Positions 26,601-38,097 of a stretch of DNA of 64,000 nucleotides are shown here, in pieces. The position numbers and the translations under genes were made by a program. The stretch spans positions 140,066 to 204,065 of the forward strand of contig NMRA01000149.1 in assembly GCA_002633005.1 (NCBI GenBank), given 5' to 3'. Origin of the DNA: Phoronis australis. Taxonomy: Eukaryota; Animalia; Phoronida. The notes beneath the pieces were generated by a model. It was not told the DNA's origin. It made no database searches and saw only the letters and a program-made list of their open reading frames with translations. How positions within the stretch are numbered: position 1 is the first letter of the stretch; every line of letters begins with the position of its first letter.

Positions 26601-29600
26601 CTAGTGATTTATATTTTGGCATAGTGATTTTGTGACTGATGCCACTACTTTAGTGCCCCGTAGTGGCATTTTTGTCTGTGAATCACTGTCTACCAAGATT
26701 CAAATAGGCACAAGTTCCTGTTGTTGAGAACTCAACTGGTGTGGATTCTGGCCAAATGAGGCAACTCTGGAGTCCCCTAGTGGCAGTTTTGGTTTTCTTT
26801 TCATTTGCCTCGATGTCTATTTCTAAGTTTCGTAATGAATTTTCATTATATCTGGCAAGTAAGTATCTGCCATGAACATAATGGTACCAGCCACATTTCA
26901 GATGCCTTTGACCTAGTGCCCTTTTTATAATTTTTCTGTCCGTTTTTTGTTGTCCCGTCTGCCTGTCTGCCAAAGTACTTGAAGCATGATGATGAAATGT
27001 GATAGCTTGTGTTCCTGTTGAGGAGAAATGACTTCTTTTGCACTGGCTAGAAAAGTCAGCAGGTGGTAAGACCATCTGGTCCTCGAGGTAGCTCACTGAA
27101 CTGCCAAACAACGTGTTGTGGAAATCGAATCACTGTTGTTCTAGGATTGGTTATAAACAACCAGTAGTATTCATGTCCTGCTTACGTCTTAGATATTGAG
27201 TTGTTTAAAACCCTTCCGAAAAGCATGATAATTCAAAGGGAAATGGAAGTTTGTACACGGTGATCTCTTACGACTTGATTATTTATTTTGTTGTCCTAAC
27301 TTTCTCTTTAATTTCCGTCTAGAACAGCCCTCAAAGCAGACAGTGAATTCTTACATTGATAGTGCAATGCATCTTTCTGTCTTCCATCTGATGGCTTACG
27401 TAGGATATTTCACCACTGGACTGTTATTGTGAGCTATCTGGAGGCTGACTGAGGCTTGCTGTGTTATGTTTGTTACTGACAGTGTACTTCCCTTTTTAGA
27501 AGTGACCCTGGTCCCAGAAGTAGTTCACCTATAGACATGGACACTGTTGAGACTACAAGGACACAGGCTTACTGTAAGTGGACAGTTGTCATGTGGTCTC
27601 ATTGACTGCTACATGGCTGCCTTCTGTCACACATTGTGTTGTCATGTAATATTGGAAATATTATAATAAGGCTTTGAAGTCTACAAAAAAGAAATACGAG
27701 TGGTAGTAAGATTACGTAACCACAAAATTTGAGAAATAAGTAGAAAGTAATTGACAAGAATTCGATGTACTGTTATGCTTGAGTTCAGTGTCATTTGGTC
27801 AAGAGTAATGAAATTACTTTTTTCTCTCAGTGGTCCAAACTGCTCCAGCTGATCTAGCAACTAATGTTGAGAATGCCAAAAGTGGGGGTGGCGATTCACC
27901 TGCTGACACAGTCACATCAGGTGAACGTAATCCTGCCTCTGCATCAGGCGGTGATGAGCTTAGGCCAGCCACGTCTGCTGAACAAAAGCCTGACAAAGTG
28001 AAGTGAGTAGTTTAAAATGAAAGTGTGAATTGCAGTGTTGGCTAATAATGGAAATGACATGTTGTTATGGGTAATTGAAGGAAAAGGCTATTTATATTTA
28101 TATGTGGGCGCATAAAAATCTTCCAAAATCACCTGCAATTTTACTTTGAGCAAAGGACTAAATACATATTGATCAATCATATAAATATGTGGTTGCATAT
28201 TGCCGTCATCTCTGTCTGGACGTCCAGCGTCCGCAGCTGCATCTCCTAAACCCTTGCAGGCTTGTTTTGAAATTTGGCAGGTGTGTTCCTATGGGGTCTA
28301 CGACAGAGGGCGATGAGTTTCGGACAGACCCGAATACCGCTGTGTTCCCTAGTGGCAGTTTTAGTTTTTTACGTTTGTCTCTGTATCTTCAAAGGTCTTC
28401 AACCTATTTTCATGAAATTTGGTACATATGCATCTATTAATGAGTTGATGCTATCCTCCCGTTTTCGGATTGCTTCGATGGACTTTGCGCCATGTAGTGG
28501 CCATTTTTACTATTTACGAGTCGTTTTTTGGCATCCGCTCCTCTAACAACCAAGCCACTCTAAGTATGATTGTGAAAATTGGCATGTATGGTCTTACTAT
28601 GAAGAAGACAGTTGACGATGATTTTCCGATGACTTCGACTACTGTGGCACTTCCTAGTGGCAGTTTTGTTTGTTTTTGCGCTCATGGCTGTATCTCTTAA
28701 ACGCTCTACAGGATCTTTATTAAATTTAGCAAATGTATTTATATAAAGTTGACAACAGACGACTACGACTTTCGGACAGATGAGTCTATAGGTGTACCCC
28801 CTAGTGGCAATTTTAGTTTTTTACGTTTATCGCTGTATCTTCAAAGGTACTCAACGGATTTCCATAAAATTTGGCACATAGACATCCATTAGTGAGGTGA
28901 CGCTAGCCATTCATCTTCAGATTGGTTCAAGGTTTTTTTTGTGCCACCTAGTGGCCATTTTTGTTGTTTTTAGTCTGTTTTGTGGCGTTCGTCCCTCTGT
29001 CAACCAAACCACTCTAAGGATGACTGTTTAAGTTGACATGTATGTTCTTTCTATGAAGGGGACAGTTGCCGATGATTTTCTGACTACTTCGACTACTGTG
29101 GCGCCTCCTAGTGGCAGTTTTTTTTGCACCCATACCTGTGTTTCCTAAGCCCTCTGCAGGATCTTTATTAATTAGCAAGTGTACTTATATGAGGTTAACA
29201 AGAGACGATGACGACTTTGAGACAGATCCGATTAACACTGTGCCCCTTATGGGCAATTTTGTTTTTTTTTTTTGTTTTCCTCTGTTTCTCTGAAGCTCCT
29301 TAGGGAATTTAATTTAAGTTGGTAAATGGCTTTCTTTTATTAAAGAAACGATGACATTTTTTGGTTTTCAAACAGATTCAACATATTTTGCGCCATCTGC
29401 GATGCATTCGTGGGCGCATTTCAGCGCTCCGTTTTGCTCTTGTTTAAATATTTGGAAGTCCCAATTTGTGTTTATTTTTTTGCTTCTGGAATTCTTTTCT
29501 CCATGTGACATTCGACCCTCGCTAACTTTTGCAGCGAGCCTGTCACTCACAAGAGCGAGCTTGTGTTCAAAATCAGCCCCAGCAAAGTGGCCGAGCGGTC

Positions 29601-32275
29601 ATCTGAGTCCAGGCAACAGGTCACCATTAGGTATGCCAAATTAACAGGCTTACTGAGTTGACTGTCTTCACTGCTGCTATTGAGCTTTCTTATGAGTTCT
29701 TTGTACTAATATGTGTAAGATCTGTCTGCACCCAACCATGAAGTGGTAGTACCTTCTGCTTTGCTGCATGAAAGCTGGGCCACGAAACAGGTCATAAAAC
29801 CAGACCATTGAAGTAATCTCTTAACTTTTTAGTTCAACATTTTTCTAAAAAGTGAAATTTCTTTGAGATCCTAGCTAAAATTTAAAGTCTGTATTTTGGT
29901 ACTTAACATCAATTGAATTACAAACACTATGTAGTCAAAATAACCGTTGTGTCTTGACGGAAGTCTTCATTGGCATGCAGAGTTAGTTGTTCAGCTGACG
30001 TCGCCAAAATCATGCCTCTTTGATGTCGTGATGTCCCCATGTGGAGTGTTTGTGACTGCAGTGTGTGCGTGCGTGAGATGCATGAACCTCACGTGCACCA
30101 CTAACAATGATCTAGCAGAGTCAAGTCTGACTTGTGTTGCTCTCTTACAAACCTAACTGCCTGCTTGCCGGTCTCCTCATTTCGTGTGACTGCATTTGTT
30201 TGGTTGTAGTCCTAACACTGAGAGTGAAGAGTCAACAAAGCCACCGACAGAGGTCACCACCAGTTCACAACAAGATAAGGTCAATGAAGATCTGTTTAAT
30301 AACTTTAAGTGAGTGCCATTATAACTGCTTCCAATTCTGTCTCTCACCAACCTCGATTTTAAACGCTGGAAAACTTAAAGCATTCAATCCTTTTGAAACT
30401 GTCTAATACAGTTACTGCTTACTAGTTGCTAGTAGAAATTGAGCAATGTTCCATTTTTAAGTGTCATTTTATTTTCTTTAAGGCTATGTAGGATCCTATC
30501 TCAGAAACTCTTATCGTATTCATATATTACTGTCAAATAGTAGTTTTATGTATTGTTCACAAAATACTGTTGGTAATTGTTTACAAAGTGTACCACTTTT
30601 GTGTGTGGGGCTACTGAAAATTGGATCTGTGATTTTCTTTAAAAAAAACTAATGCTGCGTAAAACGAAAATAAAATTATAATTCAGAAAACTGTAGCAGT
30701 GTTTGAGATTTCGTGTTGACATTCATGTCAAATGAAATATGTTCATGTTATTGATACCGTTCCTTAGCTACTTGTCCTTTTGCTAAACTTTACATAAAAT
30801 ACAGGGTCACGTGACCCAATTAAGATTGACGTAGTACCCCATAAAAATGGACAAATTTGAGAAACAACTCAATGGATTCATGTGAAACTTTTGGATACAA
30901 TGCTTTGTGCACTTTTATCAAAAACGCTATTTAATAGGAGTTGTTTTAACAATGTTCCGCTTTTGCTGAGGATCTATCAAAAATAGTATGTTGATATGAT
31001 TTTCATGAAAAACCTTAAAAGTTGATAAAACGAAAACAAAATAATACTTTAAAAAAACTATAACAGAACAGCGTTTTTTATATCTCACCTTGAACATTTA
31101 TATCAAATAAAATTTGATCATGTGATTGATACCGTTGTTTTGCTATCAATGCAACTTTCTCTTTTGCTAAATTTTACTAAAATGACATGGTCACGTGACC
31201 TAATTGATAACAGTTTGCTGAAGTCATAATTCAAATTCTGCAGCTTTCTACTTTCAGAAAATATGTACTTTTACTGAGTTAAAGTTTATAGTTCTAAATA
31301 TTTGGCTGAATGCACCCACTTGTTGATAAGGTCTTACATAATCTTAATGGCAGATTGGGAAAGGTCTAATATCAAATTCTACTAACTTTTTACTTTCAGA
31401 AAACATACTTTTACTTTTACTGAGTTAAGATTTATGATTTTCTAGACCTTATGCTACACAGACTTGTTGATAAGTTGCTACGTAATGTGTTCCATTATTT
31501 CTTTTGCCATGGATAGTCAGTTTGATGCATGGATAGTTTTGCATTCTCTTCTGCACAGTTAGTAACTCAATTATTAGTTGAGTTACTGTTAGTTGTTTGT
31601 GTTTGTTTTAGTTCAAAAATTACGTCTGTAAATTGTGACCTGCGATGAGATGGTAATTTTCAGTGTGAGTGATTTTCTGACTTTTCTGATTAATTGTATG
31701 GTCAACCATTTCAGCTACTTGAAGTCAACAGGGATGATTAAGCCAGCTCATCATGGAAATGGTCCTTCAGACCTACCCAATCAAGAAATATTAGCTGACC
31801 AGGCCAAAATAGAAGAAATTAGGTAATGAAATGGATCAAAGTAAAGCAATCCATCGTTTGGAGTTCAAAAATCAAATGAGCAGTAAATTTCAGAATACCA
31901 TTTGAAGTGATGTTTTTTAGTTCAGTTGTTGAGTTCAGACCAGTGAGAATTATGAAAGTCAAAATTTGAGTTTGTTTGCTCTAAATGTACAACAAATGTA
32001 TGAATGTATAGGCGTGACATGACCAGAGTGTTGACAGTGTGCCTGTTTTAACTCTGCAGATGATGTCACTAGTTATTGCGTGCACATGCTGTTGCTGGTT
32101 GGTGAACACACAGTACTTAGTAAATGACAATGACATGTGTTTGTTGAAAATGTTACTGGGTTAAAGGTAAAAATTACTATGTTTCTCTTTCAGAACTCAG
32201 GCCAAAGATGCTCTGGACCTCTATGATAGTGCAAAGGCTGAAGGCGGTGCTAACACTATGAACGGGCCCGTGTGA
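5686..32275 (+). CDS. PPP6R3: Serine/threonine-protein phosphatase 6 regulatory subunit (SAPS/SIT4-associated domain; PPP6R3-like), 5'-partial, multi-exon
   Basis: Phase-consistent exons: 5686-5765, 6023-6109, 6586-6772, 8695-8832, 9441-9506, 9771-9883, 10305-10418, 11204(or 11225)-11354, 12157-12315, 13608-13745, 13927-13991, 14580-14698, 15015-15103, 16060-16149, 20344-20441, 22436-22496, [missing exon, probably in gap 23602-23752], 24477/24480-24613, 25204-25432, 27500-27573, 27831-28002, 29535-29630, 30210-30308, 31715-31822, 32194-32275 (TGA). Translation contains [113 protein letters not shown] and terminal NGPV*, all recognisable from human PPP6R3. The MFWKF start exon is not in the window. 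Invertebrates usually have one co-orthologue of PPP6R1/2/3, so the symbol is approximate. Confidence 0.95.
7037..8001 (+). mobile_element. Helentron/HINE (DINE-1-like) non-autonomous element, degenerate copy
   Basis: 5' GCCGTCATCT-CGTCCGGCGT motif, about 150-bp internal subrepeats with GTGCCCTCTAGTGGCAATTTT, and a 3' end TGGGTACATTTCAATGCTCTGTTTTG matching other copies. Confidence 0.65.
10145..10209. repeat. 33-bp tandem duplication
   Basis: TGTTGCATTGGCAACTAACCTTGTAGCAAATTT occurs twice in tandem. Confidence 0.9.
20445..20527. repeat. About 40-bp tandem duplication immediately after a splice donor
   Basis: AGTACCTTTACATTGCCTACTTACGGTGTA(C/T)ACTGACTGC occurs twice in tandem. Confidence 0.9.
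24953..25192. repeat. 39-bp tandem repeat, 6 copies
   Basis: Unit CCTTGTGTCTCTGTCACTAAAAAGCAGACCTGATAGATT starts at 24953, 24992, 25031, 25070, 25109 and 25148. Confidence 0.95.
25561..25732. repeat. 56-bp tandem repeat, 3 identical copies
   Basis: Unit TGAATTATAAACTAACAAGTTGCACTGGGATACTTTGGCTTTACTACCAGGGAAAC at 25561, 25617 and 25673. Confidence 0.95.
25770..27020 (+). mobile_element. Helentron/HINE-like element(s) with internal tandem subrepeats
   Basis: 5' end TTTTATGCGCCC..GGACGCATTATGCCGTCATCTCCGTCCGGCGTCCGC at about 25930. Repeated units carry CCCCTAGTGGC-like cores. Boundaries are approximate. Confidence 0.7.
28180..29445 (+). mobile_element. Helentron/HINE-like element, best preserved copy
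   Basis: 5' GCATATTGCCGTCATCTCTGTCTGGACGTCCAGCGTCCGC, eight roughly 150-bp monomers, and a 3' end GTGGGCGCATTTCAGCGCTCCGTTTTGCTCTTGTT that also occurs at about 23880-23914. Confidence 0.75.
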
Positions 32276-34830
32276 CGACTACTGGACTAGTTGAGCCTGC
32301 GCCAGATATATGACTTCCTGCCACGCAGTTCTAGGACACGTGTGCCATTCTATAACAGACCCAATCTGTATTATAACCAATAAGACACGTGAATATGAAT
32401 GCTGTGATAGCGTGCCAGGAGCGAGAATCATAGTTCTGTGTTAGCCAGTGTTATTTCCTGGTCACGCACTACTTGCCTATCGGGAACAGTTCACTGTACG
32501 GCGCCATGGTGATTGCGGTCATATTTGCTCTCATTCATGTCACAGCTGAGGGGCAGCTACTCATCAAAGATAATGCTTTGCAGTCTGTTGGTAGAATTTT
32601 GGTGTCAAATTCATTCAGACAAAATGCTCTGCATTTAAATGAAGTGACCATATTTTACCTAAGACTTCGTGTCATGTGTCATGTTGGATATCACACAACT
32701 GGAATAGCATTAATGACTTGGATTTTCTAGGTTACATTTGTGCTAGTATTTGAAGTCATTTCCAAGCAACGAAGCATTATTTAAATGTACCGTACTGTAT
32801 ATGTGCACATTAAGGCCATGTGCTTTTAGGCAAAGCTGCATCACCCCACTTCCAGCATTAAGCACGTGGTATGTACTAAGTGTTCTAGAAAACCAAACTG
32901 CAAAATTTTGCAACAGCGTGTGAGTAAAGCTTGATACTAACCTATGTTCAACTAAACATGAAAAGTTAAATGAAAAGTTCTAGAATTGAATAAAAGACAC
33001 ACAGACAGATGAAGATGTGGACATGGAATAGCCTGCCTGTGGCTATAAGTGAAACTTAATGCTTGTGCTTGTGTGTGAAAAAATTCAGGCGCATGGGCTT
33101 AAATATGCGCATATACGGTAAATTTTAGTAAAGCATAACTTCCTTTTTGTTATAGAAGTTTGCTATCCTTCAGAATGGCACTGTGAGAGTATTTTCATTG
33201 ATAAGACTTGCCCATTTCCTGATTCTGTTTTCGTGATTTTTTTGTTCTGATATCCCCTGTTTGTTCATTATTTACACAGATCCATTTCAGAATAAGGAAA
33301 ATTCAGTTACACCAGTGAAACATTCTGTATAAAGTTCTTTTTGTTCAATATTGCTGTGTTTTCTGAAGAGTATGTTTGAATTTGTTCTCGGGTATTATAT
33401 TAATCAGTTCTAGTATTTTTTTGAATTTTTATGCAGTTTGTCACAATAGTCTCCATGTCTTGCAGTCATGTATGATTACGCAAGACTTGTTTCTTAATTT
33501 GTGTGATTTTATGCATCCACATTTTATTTAGCGATGAAGTTGCGGAGTGTTCTACAGTCTTTGTTAGGATCTGTTGATGTGTTTGTAAATGGTTGTAAAT
33601 AGTCCTACTGTTCATCTCTGGGTCAGATCCTGCATAATTCAAGTTTTACTTATAGTTGACGATTTCGCCAATTTCATTAAGCTTACGTGTAACTATTGTC
33701 ACTGTGCTGTGCTACGAGTTTTATCTAACGGATCTCGTGGCTGCTTTGTTTCGAGGCTATGCTTTATCCAGATGCACTTTAGTGTGGGGTTATGTTTCCG
33801 AATGCTACAGCCTGTCATGAGCAATCGATAGCCATGACTCGAAACTCGTAAATTGGCGTGACATTTCACCCTCGCCTGTGCTTTTGCAGTCCCAGATATT
33901 GGACTTTATAATATCCAAAGTGTTTTAAGGCCGCTGTAGTATGAATGCAAGTTCGTTCTGTTTTAGCCTTTAACAAAGAAGTGTAAACAGACACATAAAA
34001 GGTTACAGTTAATGTAGCTGTTGGTAGGCTTATTTCCTTTTTCTGCTCAGTTTTGAATGTTTGTCCTCAGACCAGTGAAAAGGTTAGTCTCCATGGCACT
34101 TGGTTGTCATTAAACCCTCTTGGCATTTGTCTGTTGGGCCTTGGGCTAGACAACCCAGGAATAAGTAAACTTGAAATTTTGTGTCCTTCAGTGTTGAATG
34201 ACCACATTTTTAGTTGCCGCAGTTGGCTTTCTGTGAGTTTTTGTCAACAGTTAATTAATATTTAAGAAATACGTATTGCTTCCATTGTAAAATCATGGGC
34301 ATGACTAGCGATTCATTTGCTCTGCTAAGATCAGTTTGAATTTGCTGTTTATAGACTAGAGATTTCTTTGCAATAATAAAGAACTTCTAAAATTCAGGCC
34401 CTTGCACTCTTGCTTTCTACATTTGATATTTTCGGGGAGTTCCAGAAACTCATGAATAGAATTACTTCTATTTACCAATCTAATGCTTGCTTTGAAATCT
34501 TTAGAAATCAGAATGTTGGTGAAATATTTTTGCGCGTTAACTGTGTAGGGAAGTTAGGGTTAAGAAGCACTCTTAGAAATTTGAAAAAAATATATATAAG
34601 TTTGTGGAGATTATGTCTGAATGTATGATAGGGGTGTACAGAAAGTTATTTTCTATGTGAGGTTTAACCTTATAGGAAAACAAAGTTGTTGAGGTTGTAC
34701 ATCATTGATGATTGAAATAAATTGGTCTTGTAAATTCAGATTGAAGTAGGCATACCTACTCATTGATATGTATGAAGATTAATATGAATACAACATTGTA
34801 AAAATAAACCAGTTCTGGTTTTAACCATTG
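32276..34830 (+). other. Long 3' UTR of the PP6R gene with several candidate poly(A) signals
   Basis: Non-coding, U-rich stretch after the stop codon, with AATAAA at about 32989, 34375, 34716 and 34803. The true end is unknown. Confidence 0.5.
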
Positions 34831-35023
34831 TACAAAAACATCCATGCTTTGCTATGTCTTAGAGGTTGTCATTTTGGGTGAATTGAACTGATTCAAGGAC
34901 ATAGTAGGTACTTTGTAATTAGGAAACGTCATGTAAGTGTTCCTCAAGTACATTTCGTAACACTTACAAGACCTGTATTTGCAAGTCATGAAAGACTTTT
35001 CAACCAACCTGTGGTAGGCCTAC

Positions 35024-35900
35024 CATTTTTATGCACCCAGGTGTACATATTTGTGTGCATATTGCTGTCATGTGTCTCGTGTATGCGGCTGTGTGCCCTA
35101 AACACTTACAGGAGCTCCATGAAGTTTGAGGGGTGTGTTCGTATAAACTTGATGTCCGGATGATTTTTAGACGGATCTGACTTCCTCTGCCCCTAGTGGC
35201 AATTTCAATTTTTAGGGTTAACTGCTTGAAGCATAGTCATGAATATTGGAGTGTTGAGGAGAGTGGCCGACCTTAGCTTTAACACAGATCTACTGCGGCT
35301 TACCCTAGTGATAATTTCGTTTAGGTTAACGTCAATATTTTTGGTGAGTCTTCATGAAATTTGACTTGTGTTTTCGTGTGGAACATGAGGAGTGCACAGC
35401 TACCATTGATTTTCAGACAACTGTGGCGCCCCTTAGTGTCAGTTTTGTGCCCATGGGCGGATCCAGGATTTTGAGTTAGGAGGGGGGCCAGGGCAGAGTT
35501 TTATCCAGGATTTTGCCTGTCGGAGATTGGCACTCCCGAACTGCCCAATGGAATCTTGGAGAATTTTGGGGGGGGCATGTCCCCCTTGGCCCCCCCCCCC
35601 TCTAAATCTGCCACTGGTGCCTGCTCCGGTGTCTACCAAGTTGATGGATCTTCTTGAGCAGTTACGAACCAGTTCCTAGTGAAGAGAGCCCGGCTCTCAA
35701 ATCGAACTGCTCTGGCGGTCCTCTGGCAATTCGGATTTTCTTTATATCTGTTGGCTCCGATGGTTCTTCATGGATTGTGGCATAATCTGCGTTTTATTTG
35801 AGGAATGTATGCCTGGTGGTGATTGTTGATTTTCGAAAGGACCCATGGCAATACTTTGGAAAATGAGCATCCTGCCTTTTGTGATGCTCACGCAGTGCAT
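35024..35900 (+). mobile_element. Helentron/HINE-like element, degenerate, interrupted by a MITE
   Basis: 5' end TTTTTATGCACCC...GTGCATATTGCTGTCAT and CCCCTAGTGGCAATTT cores. The 3' boundary is approximate. Confidence 0.6.
35452..35616. mobile_element. Short hAT-like MITE (CAGTGGCGGAT family) nested in a HINE-like repeat
   Basis: Ends CATGGGCGGATCCAG ... TAAATCTGCCACTG, flanked by GTGCC on both sides. It is an inverted homologue of 42526-42669. Confidence 0.8.
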
Positions 35901-36924
35901 TACTCTTCGTGCAATTCCATGAAGAGGTCAGTTCAAAGACAAAAAACAAGATTGTGATAATATTAAAATTTCTGGTCTCGCCTGAAAGCCCTGTCTAGTT
36001 GCAAGACCCGTGTTTGAATTTCCTCCAACTTGCTCTTCCAAAACGGACCCATTTTTGGGTGTCACTTGACCTTAAAAAGTATAACCCCGATTTTTTGGCT
36101 GATTCTAATTATTGTAACAAATAAGCAAATTAAAGATATTTCACAATATCAAAATTGTTCAGTAACAAAGCCTAAACTATCCTAAAAGTATATTACCTGT
36201 GTGTCAACTCGTCGACCGCTTGAGGTCAAAAGACAACTTCCGGATATCAGTGCTGTTGGCCCGTCACAAATATTGCTAAAAAGTTTAGTTACGTCAAAGG
36301 TTATTCGCCACAATTAACATTTTTAGATCTGAAGGATTACTCATTCGTAAAAGTTGTACGTCCGTCCATTTCACAACATGAAAAAATTCAGTACTAATTA
36401 TCAAACAAACAAATGCAATTTTATTAAAATTATTAGTATTAAGCACTACGTTACCTTTTATATCCAGGATAGCCATATTTACAGTTACCAGTTTTGAATT
36501 TAAGTTGTACTTGATACCAACAAAAACAGTTTTCTTAAATGTCAGGTGTCAAATACAAACCAATTATCACTCTCGTCCTCATTTATATTGTTTACAGTAT
36601 TTAAAGAGAAGTGAGGGTTTTAGGAGGTTATTTTGCCTGTTTATTCGACTGTGTTGAAAAGTTAACATTCTAGTGTTCGTGCCTTGCGTACCTGATAATT
36701 TCGTGCAAAAGGCAAATCCTATGTATTTTGATTAAAAAAAATATGTTTCACTGTACTAATTTGATTTTTTTATCAGTTGTAAAATACTAATACATTGAAA
36801 TTTGAATTATTCCGAGTTCATAACTTAGCCGCAACAGATAGAAGATATCAGAAAAATTAGTGTGTTATATTTTACATACATTCCGCTAAATCACCACATA
36901 AAACAAAAAATGTAACTTTACGAG

Positions 36925-37520
36925 TCTTTTCTATTTCTATTTATTTGAACATTCAAGACCTTGGCCCACATGTTACATAAAATTTATAGGATAAGTAAAC
37001 GCTGAGCAGCTTTTCCCTGAGGACAGTGGCATGAAATACAAATTTCATTAGATTAATCTGAGCAATAGGCTCAGACATTTAGCTTTACAAATTTATGTTT
37101 ATTTGGTTCACGCCAGCACCACTCAGGTATAAATGCAGTTCTCAGAGAACGGTGCTTTTTACAAACACGTATCAAATGATATTCATCTTCAATTAGGGAC
37201 ACAGTAAAAAACACGGTAATTTGGTCCACAAGAGCATATCTACCTTTCTCTTTCATCAAGTTATGGTTGGAGCAACGTAATTTAGTCATAGCTACTAAAA
37301 AGATATATGGAATGTCACGCAACAGATAGGATTCCATTTCAAAATCAATTTTAAATGAGGAATATGTATTAAGTTTTGAACTATTCTCCACAGCAAAGCT
37401 CTAGTCTTGTAAAAAACAATCTTTAATTCCATGCAGTGCTCAAAAATGAGAAGAAAATATGTTTCGCAGCCAACTCCCTGATTGTACCGTGCCAATGAAA
37501 AACCATATTTTTGCAGCAAA
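36925..37520 (-). mobile_element. 5'-truncated, frameshifted non-LTR retrotransposon (LINE ORF2 C-terminus)
   Basis: Overlapping minus-strand ORFs 37295-37519 and 37071-37391 give LQKYGFS..NQGVG, then KLRCSNHNL..EKGRY...IEDEYHL..VC...R..FIP, the typical post-RT cysteine/histidine-rich tail of LINE ORF2. AATAAA and an A-rich tail near 36930-36945 on minus. Confidence 0.8.
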
Positions 37521-38097
37521 TTGCTAACAGATAAAGCCCTCAGAAAATTAAAGATAAAAAGACTTTTCTAATTCTCTGTGTCCTTCCGCCACACCCCTTT
37601 AAAGGCAAATTTTTCAGTTAGGCAAAGATGAAAGTTGGGACATGCATTGAAAGCTACCAATGAGATCTAACAATTTAGCACGATTTTTTTCACAATTGAT
37701 CAAAACGCCCTTTCACTGTACCTTCGTCACGGAATTGACCCTTGCTAAATCATAGACTATTGTATAGATAATGAGTGCCTGTGGTTAAATGATGTAATGA
37801 CAAAACCGAGACGTCTAAAATTTTATTGTAATTTGCAAAAATTATCAGACAAATATTATTAAATGAACTTATCAAATGTATTCCGTCGCATACATAATAG
37901 CTATGCTGTTGACTGTGCACATGTTTTACATTTCTTTGGCTCTGCTCAAATTCTTCGGATACAGCGTATATTTGTCTTTCAATGCAACTAATAAGCGAGT
38001 TATGGTTTACATGACTCTCCATAGATGGCGATCGGCTAATCCCGTATAGTCTCGTTTTGTTAGGGAAGCAGCCATTAGCCGGTTACAAGAAAGAAAG

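Noticed and set aside
37910-38030. Nrf1/CncC antioxidant-response element TGACTGTGC and YY1-like AGATGGCG upstream of PSMD13
   Set aside because: Plausible for a proteasome promoter, but the motifs are short, imperfect and expected by chance.
37600-38097. Head-to-head SIRT3 partner as in vertebrate PSMD13 loci
   Set aside because: No sirtuin exons were seen on the minus strand; upstream are a LINE fragment and the PP6R 3' end.
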